A DNA stretch of 64,000 nt, from positions 27,032,001 through 27,096,000 of the forward strand of contig NC_043003.1 of the NCBI RefSeq assembly GCF_006345805.1, in the 5' to 3' direction. Both the position numbers and the translations under genes were made by a program. This stretch comes from Octopus sinensis. Its lineage: Eukaryota. This document shows positions 50,671 to 63,421 of this stretch, one piece after another. Within the stretch, counting starts at the first letter, position 1. Each line of letters begins with the position of its first letter. The notes beneath the pieces are model-generated. The model was given only the letters and a program-made list of their open reading frames with translations. It made no database searches and was not told the DNA's origin.

Positions 50671-51331
50671 TATATATTTATTTGTATATATAAATGATGC
50701 AACTCTATACTTTTCTCTCCGCCATCCTTCTCTCATTCCCTTTTTCTCCCTTTCACCGTTTTCTATCTGTCTCTATTCCTCTTTCTCTTTTTCTTTCTCT
50801 CGTTGCTCGCACGTGACCATCATCCATCTTTCTTTTCCTCCCGTGACGACTATCTTTGTTTTCCTGCACGAACGTTCTAAGAACTGGACGTCTCCTATCT
50901 CTCTTCTATCTTTTCCCTTTTCAAAGAAAATATTTCTCTCAGTGTTTATTATTTTCCCCTCGTTCTGGTCTAACAACCCTCCATGTTTCTTTTCGTTCGG
51001 TTTCCTTGTATGTCTCCACTCTCCTGTTTTTGTTCCCAACTTTGACCCTCCATAAATCCAAAATTTTATTTCGGTCTTTATGGGAGCAACTGTCTTCGAA
51101 GTCTCATATTGTCGTTAATTGCTCGAAATGGGGAATAGATAGACAGCCGAAAACTGATGAAGGGTCGTTCTTTGTATTCTTTATATTACTTGTCCTGTTT
51201 TCCATTTTTTCTCTCGTTATTTGCATAGTTAACTCATTTGATTTCGTATTTTATGTTGTTTACTGTTGGTGACGTCCTGTACCCATATATGCACACACAC
51301 ATAAATATAATATATTTATATTATATTATAT

Positions 51332-51339
<8 letters not shown>

Positions 51340-51387
<48 letters not shown>

Positions 51388-51749
51388 GGCAGTTTGTCTG
51401 TGCGTTTTCTGTGTGTCTGTTTGCTTGTACCCTCACCCTGACCACGGCTTTTAACCGATTCTGATGAAACTTGACACACACATAGCCCAATGTCATAATT
51501 CAAAACTAACGCAGCGAAAATTTTGAAAAGTTCCCCCAGTTCTGAAAAAAATCGATAAATTCGACATGGGGTCGAGAATCAGAAACACAAACCGCAAACT
51601 GTCTAGGGGACGCAACTCCACCTTTTTTAACTAAAAAAAATTTACCATCATTTTTTTCCATTTTTTTGCTATTTTTTGGCTATAACTCTCTAAAAATGCT
51701 TTATAGTTATTTCCCTTACAAACCTGAGCAACGCCGGGCGATACTGCTA

Positions 51750-51750
<1 letters not shown>
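51340..51750 (+). mobile_element. Non-autonomous Helitron, related family sharing the 3' about 130 bp
   Basis: It ends gagcaacgccgggcgatactgCTAG|T, and its 5' part differs from the 49044 copy. Confidence 0.75.
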
Positions 51751-51783
<33 letters not shown>

Positions 51784-51859
51784 CTAAATAGAAAATATAC
51801 GTGGTAGGTAATTATACTCCCATACCCACAGTTTCTGTTTATATGCAGAATAGTTAGTG

Positions 51860-52760
51860 GGCTGTTATGTAGATGTATATGCGTGTGTGTGTGTGTGTTT
51901 ATACGTATATATATGCACATGTATGTAGGTAAATGAATATGAATGTAAACAGACAGACAGACAGACAGACGGATAGGTACACAGGTAATATGAACAGACA
52001 AGCACACATACACAAATGAAGACCGAAACATATGACAATATATACACACACTTCACTTCACGCACGGACACATATGGAGACATACATCCACACATATGGA
52101 GATACCCATCCATACATACACAGTACATAGACACAAAAATACATACACGCACACGCACTCAGACATATCCATGCAAGGAGACAGAGGTACATACACATAC
52201 ATGTGCAAACGCACACACACATACACATAAAAACACACACATGAACACACAAACACGCGAATATGCAGAATGCATACATCCAAACGTACACATATACATA
52301 CATATATACATACGCGCATACACACACACATACATACATACATGTATACACACACTTACAGGCATGCATAAATGCATACATACATACATACATACATACA
52401 TACATACATACATACATGCATACATACATACATACATGTGTATGCGCACGCACACTGACCCACACACATGCGCACAAACAAACAAAAAGAATGCAGCTCG
52501 GATAACGGACAGAGTCAACGAATATTGAAAAGGCTGCAAGACGCAACGAACAGTTTAGGAAAAATAAATAAGTAAATGAGTGGTAACTTTACCGGTGAGT
52601 GTGTTAAATAATAAGGCACTAAAAGAGAATGACTCTTCCCAGATACAACAATACATACATACATACATACATACATAAATACATACATACATACATACAT
52701 ACATACATACATACATTCATATTTGGATTAACTATATATATATATATATATATATTTTAA
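51860..52760. repeat. Compound CA/TA/CATA low-complexity tract
   Basis: Source of the spurious His/Thr and Cys/Val/Met-rich ORFs. Confidence 0.9.
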
Positions 52761-53429
52761 CCTCTTCATTCTCTCTCCCTCCCACTCCTCCTCTCTCTTC
52801 GCTGCGTGTCCCCCTCCTCCTTCCTTCTTTACTGCCAGCTTATAAAACAAAATTCCTTTACACGTGGTTCTCACTATCGAAAAGACTGCCTCCACGCGCT
52901 GATACTTTACCATTCGTCTTCGCCAGCATAAAGGCTTTTTCGTTCGTCCCCTTGTGTGGTTGATTTCCTGTATCGTATTTCTCTTTTTATTTTCTCGTTT
53001 TGTAATTAATTGTATTTTTTGTACATGTATTTTAATTTTGCAGCCTTATTGTTACGTCTTGTTTGTGTTCGTACTCATTTTGCCCCGCTGCTTGGAATTT
53101 TATTTTAATTCTCTCGCAGGAAGGCCTATTGGATTAGTGTTCTGTCTATGCCTTCGAAACATGCCTGACTCCACTAGCGACAGCTGATGACGGGGGTTTT
53201 GTCCTTGTGTAGCCCGTCCTGTAATTGTTTTTCGTTTTCTTGTTTTTCGTTTTTCGTTTTCTTGTTTTTTGTTTTTTGGTTTTTTCCGTTTCTACGTCTT
53301 ATTGTGATGTCCTGTACTCACGTATAATTATTTATATATGCATGTATATATACATGTAGATGTAGGTACGTACATATATGTTTGTATGTATGCATATATT
53401 TTTATTTATCACCTATATATATATATATT

Positions 53430-53720
53430 AGAGAAAAACTATTATTATTCCATTGAAAAAATGATAGACATAAACCAAATGAATAAACAATATACAATAA
53501 ACAATATACAATAAACAATATACAATAAGTATATAATACTTATTGTATATTGTTTATTTATTAAGTAATATACACTAAGTATATAATGCTTAGTGTATAT
53601 TGTTTATTCATTTTTGTACTTTTTGTGATCTAGTTATATGTTTTAAAAAATATTTTATTTTTTATTTATGATTTGGTTTATGTCTATCATTGTTTGAATT
53701 GCGTAATAGTAGTTTTTCTC
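53430..53720. repeat. AT-rich fold-back with nested internal palindromes
   Basis: Outer arms of about 50 bp, internal aataaacaatatac x3, and two internal hairpins. Confidence 0.7.
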
Positions 53721-53851
53721 AAATTTATATATTATATATTTATAATGTGAAATTTGATTTAATACTAAATTGAATCTTTCACTGTAAGTTTGGAGTTATA
53801 CTCCCTATAATTATTATTATCGTTATTATTTTTTTATTATTATTATTATTA

Positions 53852-53892
<41 letters not shown>

Positions 53893-53943
53893 TATTATTA
53901 TTATTATTATTATATATGTGTAAATATATATATATAATATATA

Positions 53944-53978
<35 letters not shown>

Positions 53979-54039
53979 ATCTCTGAGCGAAATGTAAACA
54001 GTATCAGCACGACATCGTGAAGTATATTTGCCACCTAAA

Positions 54040-54225
54040 TGTGGCTGACCCATATGGGACGATGCTACTGTAGTTTATAGCCTTAAAAAGACATCAGACA
54101 TCTCCTCCAGCTGGATAATGACACACTGTCTGTGCCCTATCAGTATTTGCAAAGGGAAATCATCGTTCCCATCTCTAGCTTGATATGATACACACGAACC
54201 CGGGTTTCTGAGTAGTAACTCGTCA
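54040..54225 (-). mobile_element. SINE family C (related copies at 60015-60200 and 63870-64000)
   Basis: The block ctactgtagtttrtag...tttgcaaagggaa is shared by all three copies, with a B-box-like gggttcg on the minus strand. Confidence 0.6.
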
Positions 54226-54254
54226 TCAGTGCGTGACCATCACTGGCCAGGGAT

Positions 54255-55200
54255 TGATTATTTATTATGATCACGTGGATCGAACATAGAGGAGACAGCA
54301 CAGGACGTTACAAAACATGAAGATTGTGAGTTAGTTTGCAATAAGCGAATATGTATTTACAATGAATGTATTTACAATTTTAATGAAAATGTTTTTAAGA
54401 TTTTGGCCAGGGAGTCCAGCGGCTACACCGTACGGATTTACTATGTATTTAAGCAGGGTCTCTCACACCCAAGTTCCTCACCACATCTTTCCATCTTTTC
54501 TCGTATATGCTTCGCGACAGGCGTCCTCTCTCCAGCCCTATCTTGCTCTTCAGATAATATCTGAAATAGTAGAGCAAACCAGACCCAGAGATAAAAGTTC
54601 CCGTCGTCACTCCTTTCATCCTCGTGGCATTCCCTTCCTTTGACAATCCGCCTCCTTTTTCTGCATTTGCAGAATGGACATTTTCCCTCCATGTCGTACA
54701 ACACGGCTGCTGCCATCCATAAAACATCCAAACGGCTGGAATTTCCTCCACTTTGATTATCACAGTTCTTCTGCCTAAATAAGTTGGCAGGAGAATTATG
54801 TCTGCATTTTTTAGTGCCAGTGTAGACAGTTCTTTAGCTGTACTTTCGTCAGCGAATTGTGCTTCCACTGTAGCACTTTTTAAACCTCGTCCAACGTATT
54901 TAATTCTGTTCCAAATGAGCTGTAAACATTTATCGATGAGTTCGCTTTTCACCGACATTTTTCTTTTTTCTTTCATACTGTACGTCTTCTAGAGACAATC
55001 TTGGCAGCTATATTTTGTAGTGTTTCCTGGGGAGGGAGTAACTTGGTGTCATTGCCTGTTTTCTAAATCATGTTACGATATTTGAACAGTTCCGCCATGG
55101 ACACGTTCAAATATACCATGTTGCCGCCAACGGCAGCCGAAAAAGTAGTTTTTTCCTTTTCAACCTGTCTTATACTTTGGTTTACATTCTCTGTAGCCTT
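54255..55200 (-). mobile_element. Internally deleted Tx1-like LINE (ORF1-like start joined to ORF2 C-terminus)
   Basis: The last about 55 aa of ORF 54449-54976 align with the Tx1 ORF2 C-terminus at 46944-47130. The N-terminal part looks ORF1-like, which is inference only. Confidence 0.65.
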
Positions 55201-55510
55201 TTCCATCTCTGGGAAATCGAGAATTGATTCAAGTCAAAATCCATAGGATACTCAAATTTTCAGAAAATTTTGCTTAGTGATAAAAAATATTATTTGCCAA
55301 AAATGTCTTTCACATAAATATTTAAACAGTAAGTAATTTTAAAATAACGGTATTTTCTGTCCCGCAGGGCGAAAATTGCCGTTATCGACACGAACGACAT
55401 TCAAATCACACAGGTGCAAAAATTACAAGTGGGAGACAAGCACCTCCACCCGGCTAAAAGGGATGAGTCTCCTTGGAAAATTCGTCTCTTGACTAACTTT
55501 CCTTAATCTG

Positions 55511-55576
<66 letters not shown>

Positions 55577-55578
<2 letters not shown>

Positions 55579-56021
55579 ATGAGTGAGAGAGCAGTGCAAT
55601 GCCATCAAAGTGACACTGCAGTAAAATATACGAAGCCCAGTATACCCATCATGACTACCCCTCTGATAGGGGTACACTAGGCACATGCATCACAACCATA
55701 TGTGCGTGACATGGTGATCTCATATCAAGATAAACGGCACATAACCTTGTAGGTAGGGCCCAGTTAGAATTTTTTTCTGGTCGAGTAGCCCATCCCGCTC
55801 AAAAGGTCTCTGAATAAGGATTGTTTAAGGATGTTGAACGAAACACCCATGTTTCCAAAGGTGAATTATCCAAACCCCAAAGAATTCCTCTCAACACATG
55901 GCTATGATGCTCCCCTACTATTTCTACTCGTGATCAGAGATGCACAGATCATCAGAAACTAAGGGACATGCTCACCTGGTTAAGGTCAAACTAATCTGTG
56001 GTATTGAGCAGAATATTTGCT

Positions 56022-56023
<2 letters not shown>
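55577..56023. mobile_element. Repeat flanked on both sides by long (ATT)n arrays; partial second copy at 56510-56735
   Basis: The block actaagggacatgctca.ctggttaaggtcaaac...ggtattgagcagaatatttgctgta is shared between the two copies. Confidence 0.55.
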
Positions 56024-56083
<60 letters not shown>

Positions 56084-56147
56084 GTTGTTGTTGTTGTTGT
56101 TGCTGTTATTATTATTGTTATTATTATTGTTATTATTATTATTGTTG

Positions 56148-56184
<37 letters not shown>

Positions 56185-56372
56185 AATGCGGAGAGTTGGC
56201 ACGCCGGACAAAATGTTTAGTGGCATTTTGTCCGTCTTTAAGTTCTGAGTTCAAATGCCGCCGAAATTAACTTTGCCTTTCAGCTATTCGGAATCGATAA
56301 AATAAGTACCAGTTGAATACTGGAATCGATATGATCAACTGCTCCTCCCCGCAAAATTTCAAGTCTTGTGTC

Positions 56373-56512
56373 TACTGTAGGAGTCTGGTTCAGAAATGGG
56401 CAGAGAGGAAGCTGTACCTGAAAGGTCGGACAGTACTTGTGAACGCCTACAACGGTCCCGTAATCATTTATCGCCTAACCGTCTTGCCTTGCCCCATGGT
56501 TATGATGCCCCG
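56373..56512 (+). pseudogene. Tx1/L1 RT thumb-region fragment
   Basis: It encodes KWAERKLYLKGRTVLVNAYNGPVIIYRLTVLPCP. Confidence 0.65.
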
Positions 56513-56733
56513 CACCGCCCACTATTTCTGTCCGTGATCATATCGTCAGCCACTAAGGGACATGCTCAACTGGTTAAGGTCAAACAACTGACAAGCAAAT
56601 CTTTGGTATTGAGCAGAATATTTGCTGTAGCCTATCTTTTACACCAAGACAAAACAATGTACATGATAACACTTCGAATCAGTTAAAATCAGAAACCATG
56701 AGACCCACTGCTTGCTATTGCATCAGGGCATTT

Positions 56734-56835
<102 letters not shown>

Positions 56836-57419
56836 TCATATATGCATTAGATTTTCGTTCCAACTTCTGTTAGTGATAGTTTCTGAAATCTGATAGTTTC
56901 TGAACTGATCTGAGCCTTTTGCTTTCATTAAAAAAGAAGGAAACCTCTCCTTCTAGCAATTATTCCCAGATCCGCGAGTAACTGGGCATTACGCACAGAG
57001 AAAAGATTTTTTCTGACGTTTTAGATATAGTGCGACATGTATAAAAGGGACAAAATTCGGTTTGTGGTCTGTAGAAGTTATTTCCCTTAGCATCTCTGTA
57101 CTGCAAGTTTAACATAAGTTTAACATAAAACTAAAAACTTCTAGCGGGGTCATGTTAGTCGATTACATTGACCTTAGTATTTAACTGTTACTTTTTATTT
57201 TCGAAGCCGAAAAGATTAAAAGATAATAGAAGATAACAATTATAGGATTTTATGGGACTTCATCATAAAGACTGATCAAACAATGGTTCCGGTTTCAGTC
57301 CTGCTGCGCGGCATCTTGGCTAAATATCTTTTACTATAGCCTTGGGCCAACCAAAAATTTGTGAGTAGATTTGGTAGACAGAAAATGAAAGATGCCAACT
57401 TAGTCTCATTTTCACGTTT

Positions 57420-58111
57420 TATTGGGTTGTCTGGAAAGTTCGTGCCGACTTTTAAAGGAAAGAAAATGGTCAATAAATACTTGGCATTACATTTTTAATC
57501 AACCAAATATGTACCATTTTGTTGCACAATGCGTCTCCATCTTTCCTTTAACTTGAAAATACCCTCTTCCCAGAGTTGAGGTGGTTTCATGGCAAAGAAT
57601 TCATCAAGGTATCTTTTTACGTCATTCAAGGAATTGAAATTTTTACTATTAAGACTATTCCGCAGAGACCTGAATAAGTGGAAATCCGAAGGATCAATAT
57701 CTGGTGAATATAGAGGGTGAGGTAACACATCCCAGCCGAGCTGCAGCAATTTTTGTCTGGTTCCCAAAGCATCAAGTGCCGAAAATGAACTTTCTTATCT
57801 TCCATTTTAAAGGGTTGCAAAATTAACACAGGTTATAGGAACATAAACCTTCTTCCACGAAAAGATAGCTTAAACTGTGCTTTAAATGGCGGTGTAGTCA
57901 AATCCTATTTTATGGACTCAACCATATTCTAAAATTAGTCGAAAGGTAAGCTACTATAAATCGGCACGAACTTTCCGGTCAACCGGAAAGATGGAGACGC
58001 ATTGTGCAACAAAATGGTTCATATTTGGTTGATTAAAACTCTAATGGCAAGTATTTATTGACCTTTTTCTTTCCTTTAAAAATCGGCACGAGCTTTGCAG
58101 ACAACCCAATA
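57420..58111 (-). mobile_element. Internally deleted mariner with an inverted duplication of its 3' end
   Basis: It encodes LQLGWDVLPHPLYSPDIDPSDFHLFRSL...YLVD. A TIR attgggttgtctggaaagttcgtgccga lies at the left end, an internal TIR copy at about 57958-57985, and 57985-58111 mirrors 57420-57546. Confidence 0.85.
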
Positions 58112-58159
58112 TATATATGTATGTATATATGCGGATATAATGTGTGTGTGTGTGTGTGG

Positions 58160-58215
<56 letters not shown>

Positions 58216-58251
58216 GTGTATGTATACGTAGTGAGTATGTATATATATATA

Positions 58252-59541
58252 CGAGGGACGTTCAATAAGTAATGTCCCTGATCCACTTGCAGTTGTTTGA
58301 TCTAGCTAAAATTTTGCACCTGCAATTATTTATATCTCTATAGATTAAGTGGTAAATTACAGCTCTGAACTAATCGTGGTTTCTGATTTACAGGTGTTTG
58401 AACTGAGTCAAGTGTGAAATGGAACCTGTTGAGTGTCGAGCAGTGATCCGGTTTTTGTATTTGAAAGGACGCTCACCACGGGATACTTTTAATGAAATGA
58501 AAGTAACTTATGGTGATGATGCCCCATCATATGACCTTGTAAAACGCTGGCATCGTGAATTCAAACATGGTCGAAACTCTGTGGAAACAGCTCCCAGATC
58601 TGGTCGTCCCCCTTCTGCCATTGATGAGGCATCTCTCCATTAAGTTGAGGCTGCCATTTTGGAAGATCGACGCATAACTATTCGCCAAATAGCCATAAGC
58701 TCAAGATTGGTACCGGGTCTGTGGAAACTATCATTCATGACCATTTTCATATGCAAAAGGTGTCTGCCAGATGGATTCCCAGGTTGCTCACACCTTTCCA
58801 GAAGCAAGAACGCGTCGTGTGCTCGAGGATGAATTTGGAGATGTGCCAAGAAGATGAGTCAACATTTTTCAAAAGACTGATTACACAGGATGAAACCTGG
58901 GTCCATCACTATGATCCAGAGACCAAAGCTCAGTCAATGCAGTGGAAGCACCGTGACTCACCTCCTCCAAAGAAGGCAAGGGTGCAGCCCTCCGCTGGCA
59001 AGGTCATACTCACATTCTTCTGGGACCAGGACGGAGTAGTGATGACAGATTTCCTGGAAAAGGGTACCACAATTACAGGAGCCTATTATGCTTCACTTCT
59101 GAGGAAATTAAGAGAAATTATCAAAATCAAGAGGTGGGGTAAGATCAGCAAAGGCATCCTCCTCCTGCAGGACAACGCTCCGGTCCACAACTCGCGTGTC
59201 GCCAGATCAGAAGCACAGGCGTGCGGCTATGAACTCCTCCCCCATCCCCCTACTCTCCTGACCTTGTACCCTCTGATTTTCACCTCTTCCCAGCCATGAA
59301 GTTGTTTTTGAAAGGAAAGCGTTTCCCAGATGATGCAGCCTTGATTTCTGAAGTCAAGTCGTGGTTGGAGGACCAAGCTGGGGTCTTCTACAAAAACGGT
59401 CTCCAGAGCTGCATCAAACGATGGGAGAAAGCGTAACTCTGGGTAGTTCCTATGTAGAAAAAGACTAATAACTGTGCCAAGTTTCGTTACTCTACTCCTA
59501 TGGGAAGTGGGTCCGGGGCATTACTTATTGAACGCCCCTCG
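58252..59541 (+). mobile_element. Full-length mariner (1290 bp), D,D34D transposase with four lesions
   Basis: TA target duplication and TIRs cgagggacgttcaataagtaatg / cattacttattgaacgcccctcg. Motifs WIPRLL, TQDETW, QDNAPVH and YSPDLVPSD give D-to-D spacing of 34. There is a stop at 58641-58643 and -1 frameshifts near 58696, 59250 and 59430. Confidence 0.95.
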
Positions 59542-61009
59542 TATATATGGATAAAATCTTCACAACGTTTGGGAAAGTACATATATTTGTTCGTATTTAT
59601 AAGTATTTATCTATATACATTTGGTGATATAAGTGTATGCATATAATAAACCCTACCGTTGTTTTTAATGAAAGTTTTTAATGAAATTCTATAACACCTA
59701 TTTTTTTTACATGATTACCAAATACTCATATGTTTCTCGTAAATTTTAATATTTCTCGTATATTTTAATATTTTTCGTATATTGTAATATTTTACCAAGT
59801 ATTCATATATATCATATTTTACATTTTATTGCAAGGTATTTATTTTAGAAGCTTATTTATGTTAACATTAAAATGTAATATACGAGGAGTTGTTGGTAAA
59901 AACCAATAACTTTTCGTATATTTTAATGTTTAAATGTTTTGCACAGTTTCCTCCCTTTAGCTATATTTCAGAAAAATGAAACTTTTTAATGTAAAGTATA
60001 GAAGCCATCTTATCATGGCTAACCACATTGGGGAGGGGGTGTTACTGTAGCTTTATAGCCCTAAGAGACCTTCGTCTCTAGCTGGCTTTAGACACAATAT
60101 CAGTGTCCTTGGAGTGTTTGCAAAGGGAAGCCATCCCTTCCTTGCAAGCCTGAGTGATACGTTCGAACTAGATTCGGGATTGTTGTCCCTCGTCAAATTA
60201 TTTTTTCAAGTAGAAATTATCTTAGAAGTATTCATAACATAGTAACAGATGCCTCACCGTACGTATCTATATTTATTTTTATTATCTCCCTTAGTATTTA
60301 AGGCCCCTTAGACAATATTATCTTAAATTTGTTTTGTATTTCATTGATTAGTTTTAACTGACCCGATAGAACGCCATTGTTGTTAAATATTAGCTGACTA
60401 ATTAAATTGTAAAATTGACATTGATCTTACCCCACTTAACATAGGGGTATTATGCTGACATTCTTTTGTTAATACATAATAACACCACACTTAATTTAAT
60501 TATACCCAAATTATTTCTTTATTAATATAATTTCTAATGATTCCCCAAACTCTGTTTATCATAACTAAATTTTATTACTATTCTATTGCATAGTTTTTAG
60601 TTTCTAACTAATGACCCCTGTTATAAGGATCATCCCATTAACTCCCACCCTATAACGTTCATCTTACTATTTCCCCCATCAAATTGAAATAAGATGTGAT
60701 CTCACAACCGCTGGATATTACCTTGGGTTTTATTTTTATACTTTTTTGAATTTTTAATTCTTACCATTATGGACTCTCTCATGAAGCTTTGGGGTTCAAT
60801 TTTTGTATAATTTTTCTATGATGTGTCAACTTTGGCATGCTGGACCCCCGAAATAGAAACAGCTGTAAGAGTAGAGTTGTATTCGTTTATTTATTATTTA
60901 TTTATTTATTTATTATTTATTTATTTATTTATTCCTATGATTGTAATTAATAAATTGATCTTGCTGATGTTTGTCAATTGAATATCTTCTCCATTTCCTG
61001 CCTTGCCTA

Positions 61010-61111
<102 letters not shown>

Positions 61112-61364
61112 CGTTGCTATTATGTTAAACTGTCGTATCTGCAAATTGGCCAAATGCGTTTTTTTTTGGGTGGGGGGGTTCAGTTTTAATTTTTGCTTGA
61201 AATAGCCATTTTGGTCAAGTTATCGTATCTTCAGCTGCTTCTGATACAAATATATCAAAAATTGTCAGTGTCGTACAACGTTTTTGCTATGGAATGGTGA
61301 AACTACTTTTTCTTTTTCTGAAGAAGCAACGTTTTGGACTTACAACATTTGTGCATAATGGCAA

Positions 61365-61402
<38 letters not shown>

Positions 61403-61444
61403 TTGAAATTTTAAAGTGATATACTTGAGATCACCAATAACTAC

Positions 61445-62039
61445 ATGAGAAGAGCGTTTGTCAAGTAGGACCACCTCTTGTCTTCCAGATTCCTGCAAAC
61501 GACGATCCCAATATCTGAGCTATCTCCCAAAGATTTTATTCTGTCATCCAAGCATTGGTTGAAAAGTCGTACTGAATCGGAAGCATTTTGACCTTTTTGA
61601 AGCATCTTGGCGAACCAGCCTTTGTCTCCATTCATGTTGCAGGCCACCATCAAGGTCACACGGTCCTTTGCCGTCTTAAAGCTCCTTACAGTTTTCTTGC
61701 AACTCTCGTTGACATATGTATTTCTTGGTAATGCATGAAAGTAGATCCCAGTTTCATCAGCATTGTAGATGTCCTGTGGCTGAAACGTTTTCAACAGAAA
61801 CTGTATGGTTGTCTCACAAAATTGATGGGCTCCCTCGACGTCAGCTTTAGCCATATCACCAGCAAAGTTCACCAAGATGCTTCAAAAATGATAAAATGCT
61901 TCCGATTCAGTACGACTTTTCAACCAATGCTTGGATGACTGAAAATTCTATATATGGAAGATGGCTCAGATCTTGGGATCGTCTTTTGCAGGAATCTAGA
62001 AGACAAGAGGTGGTCCTACTTGACAAATGCTTTTCTCAT
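61445..62039. pseudogene. pogo/Tigger DDE transposase fragment arranged as an inverted duplication
   Basis: The minus strand encodes DIYNADETGIYF...KTAKDRVTLMVACNMNG and the plus strand NAWMT...WLRSWDR...VVLLDK. The arms are 61445-61615 and 61867-62039. Confidence 0.85.
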
Positions 62040-62044
62040 ATAGT

Positions 62045-62525
62045 TATCGGCGATCTGATCCAAGCAGTATTTTGTCATTTCTTTCATTGAGTACTCAATC
62101 ACATCATCGTCATAGAATAGCTCAAATAATTCCACTTCATTAAAATCCCTGTATTTTGAATAGTTACACCCAGGAAAAACGGAGGGCATCACTTGTATTT
62201 TAGCCTTTTTCCAAGTAATTTGGCATTTTTTTCTTTTTTTTCCCCGCACATGAAGCCTGTCCAGTTTCAGCAGAACTTTCTTTCTGTACCATTTCGTTAT
62301 CTTTTATTTTCGTACTTCGTGATTGCAACACTGTAGGGGCGCGAAGTTGGTTACCTGAGAGATGTTGAGTGTGTTGAACGGTGTCAGCAGCTTCTTTTCC
62401 TGAATCCTCATCTGTTAATTCAATAACTTCCGGAGGTTCAATGAAAATATCATATTAGCCGTCATCTTCCTATTCAAGAATACTCAAAATTTCATTTAAA
62501 GACTGTTCACGTTTCCTGAAAAAAA
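62045..62525 (-). pseudogene. piggyBac (PGBD2/3-like) transposase N-terminal fragment
   Basis: It encodes SLNEILSILE..DIFIEPPEVIELTDEDSG...LSGNQLRAP and ELFELFYDDDVIEYSMKEMTKY, with internal stops. Confidence 0.8.
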
Positions 62526-63099
62526 TACACAATAGTGAAAAACTAGAAACTTTAGCACTCCGATGTGCAGACTTCCACCAAGCAGCATGCCCCTCTCCTA
62601 TCCCCATAGTTTGGTTTACACTGGATCACCTCCAAACTCTAAACATGTGTTCCTTGAACATTTCCTGAAAATTTAATCAAAATCCATCCATAACTCTTAC
62701 ATTTATGTTGCTAACAAACAGACGCCGGCGAAAACATAGCATCTTTGGCGGAGGTAATAACACATATAATACGAGAAACTTATGCCTCCATTGTTGAAAG
62801 TTCATGTTCAAAAGAAAAAACCCAAAAATATAGGAAATAGCACATGTTGTACTGTGTATTTTCTCGCGGTGCCATATGGCACAGTAAAATAATTCAACAA
62901 AACAAACGTTACTGCAATAGATCTTATGCGAACACATACAATTCTAATTATAATTCTAGACTATATGAATCAAAATGCCAAGAAGTTATTAATTCAATGC
63001 TTAAATGTTGTAGAAAGTATAGCGCTAAATCCTAGTATAACATCTAAATAAAATAAAAAAACAGAAAAAAAAACAAAGAAAGATAAAAAAGGAAAAGAG

Positions 63100-63421
63100 A
63101 GTAAAGGAGTGGTAAAGTAGCAGAAGGTGGATGTCAGAGGACAATTGACTACACACCCCGGAACAATTGACGTGCTCAACCGCGCCACGTAATTATGGCC
63201 GTGATGGCATTGCCGCGGAGAACGGCCAACGAAATACGTTGCCGCAGCCACTTTACCTCGCAGGGCTCATTTCTCTGACGGGTCGCCGTTATCTCGATTT
63301 TGCCGAGGGAATCGGTCGTACGGGATCCTAGAACACCTGACACCTCGATGGCGATCGGCACAAACGGGTAGCGGCCATTCATATCCCTATATCAATCGAT
63401 TGTTCTCTCCTTCGCGTTACG
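63100..63421 (-). pseudogene. CRE-like non-LTR element 3' end (restriction-like endonuclease domain)
   Basis: It encodes YRDMNGRYPFVPIAIEVSGVLG...WLRQRISLAVLRGNA. Confidence 0.75.

Noticed and set aside
51140-51185. CTGATGA motifs here and at about 35500, 51460 and 53185
   Set aside because: There is no stem II closed by GAAA plus NUH at a suitable distance, and a 7-mer is expected by chance.
50773-51272. 80-138 aa ORFs in a pyrimidine-rich stretch, and similar ones at 52954-53187
   Set aside because: No recognisable domain. They look like decayed retroelement UTR sequence, and I could not assign a family.
51865-52712. Overlapping 100-170 aa ORFs rich in His/Thr or Cys/Val/Met
   Set aside because: They are translations of CA/TA/CATA microsatellite on both strands, with no splice or domain support.
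55940-56248. Poly-Ile/Leu/Tyr/Asn ORFs
   Set aside because: They come from stop-free frames of (ATT)n and (GTT)n repeats.
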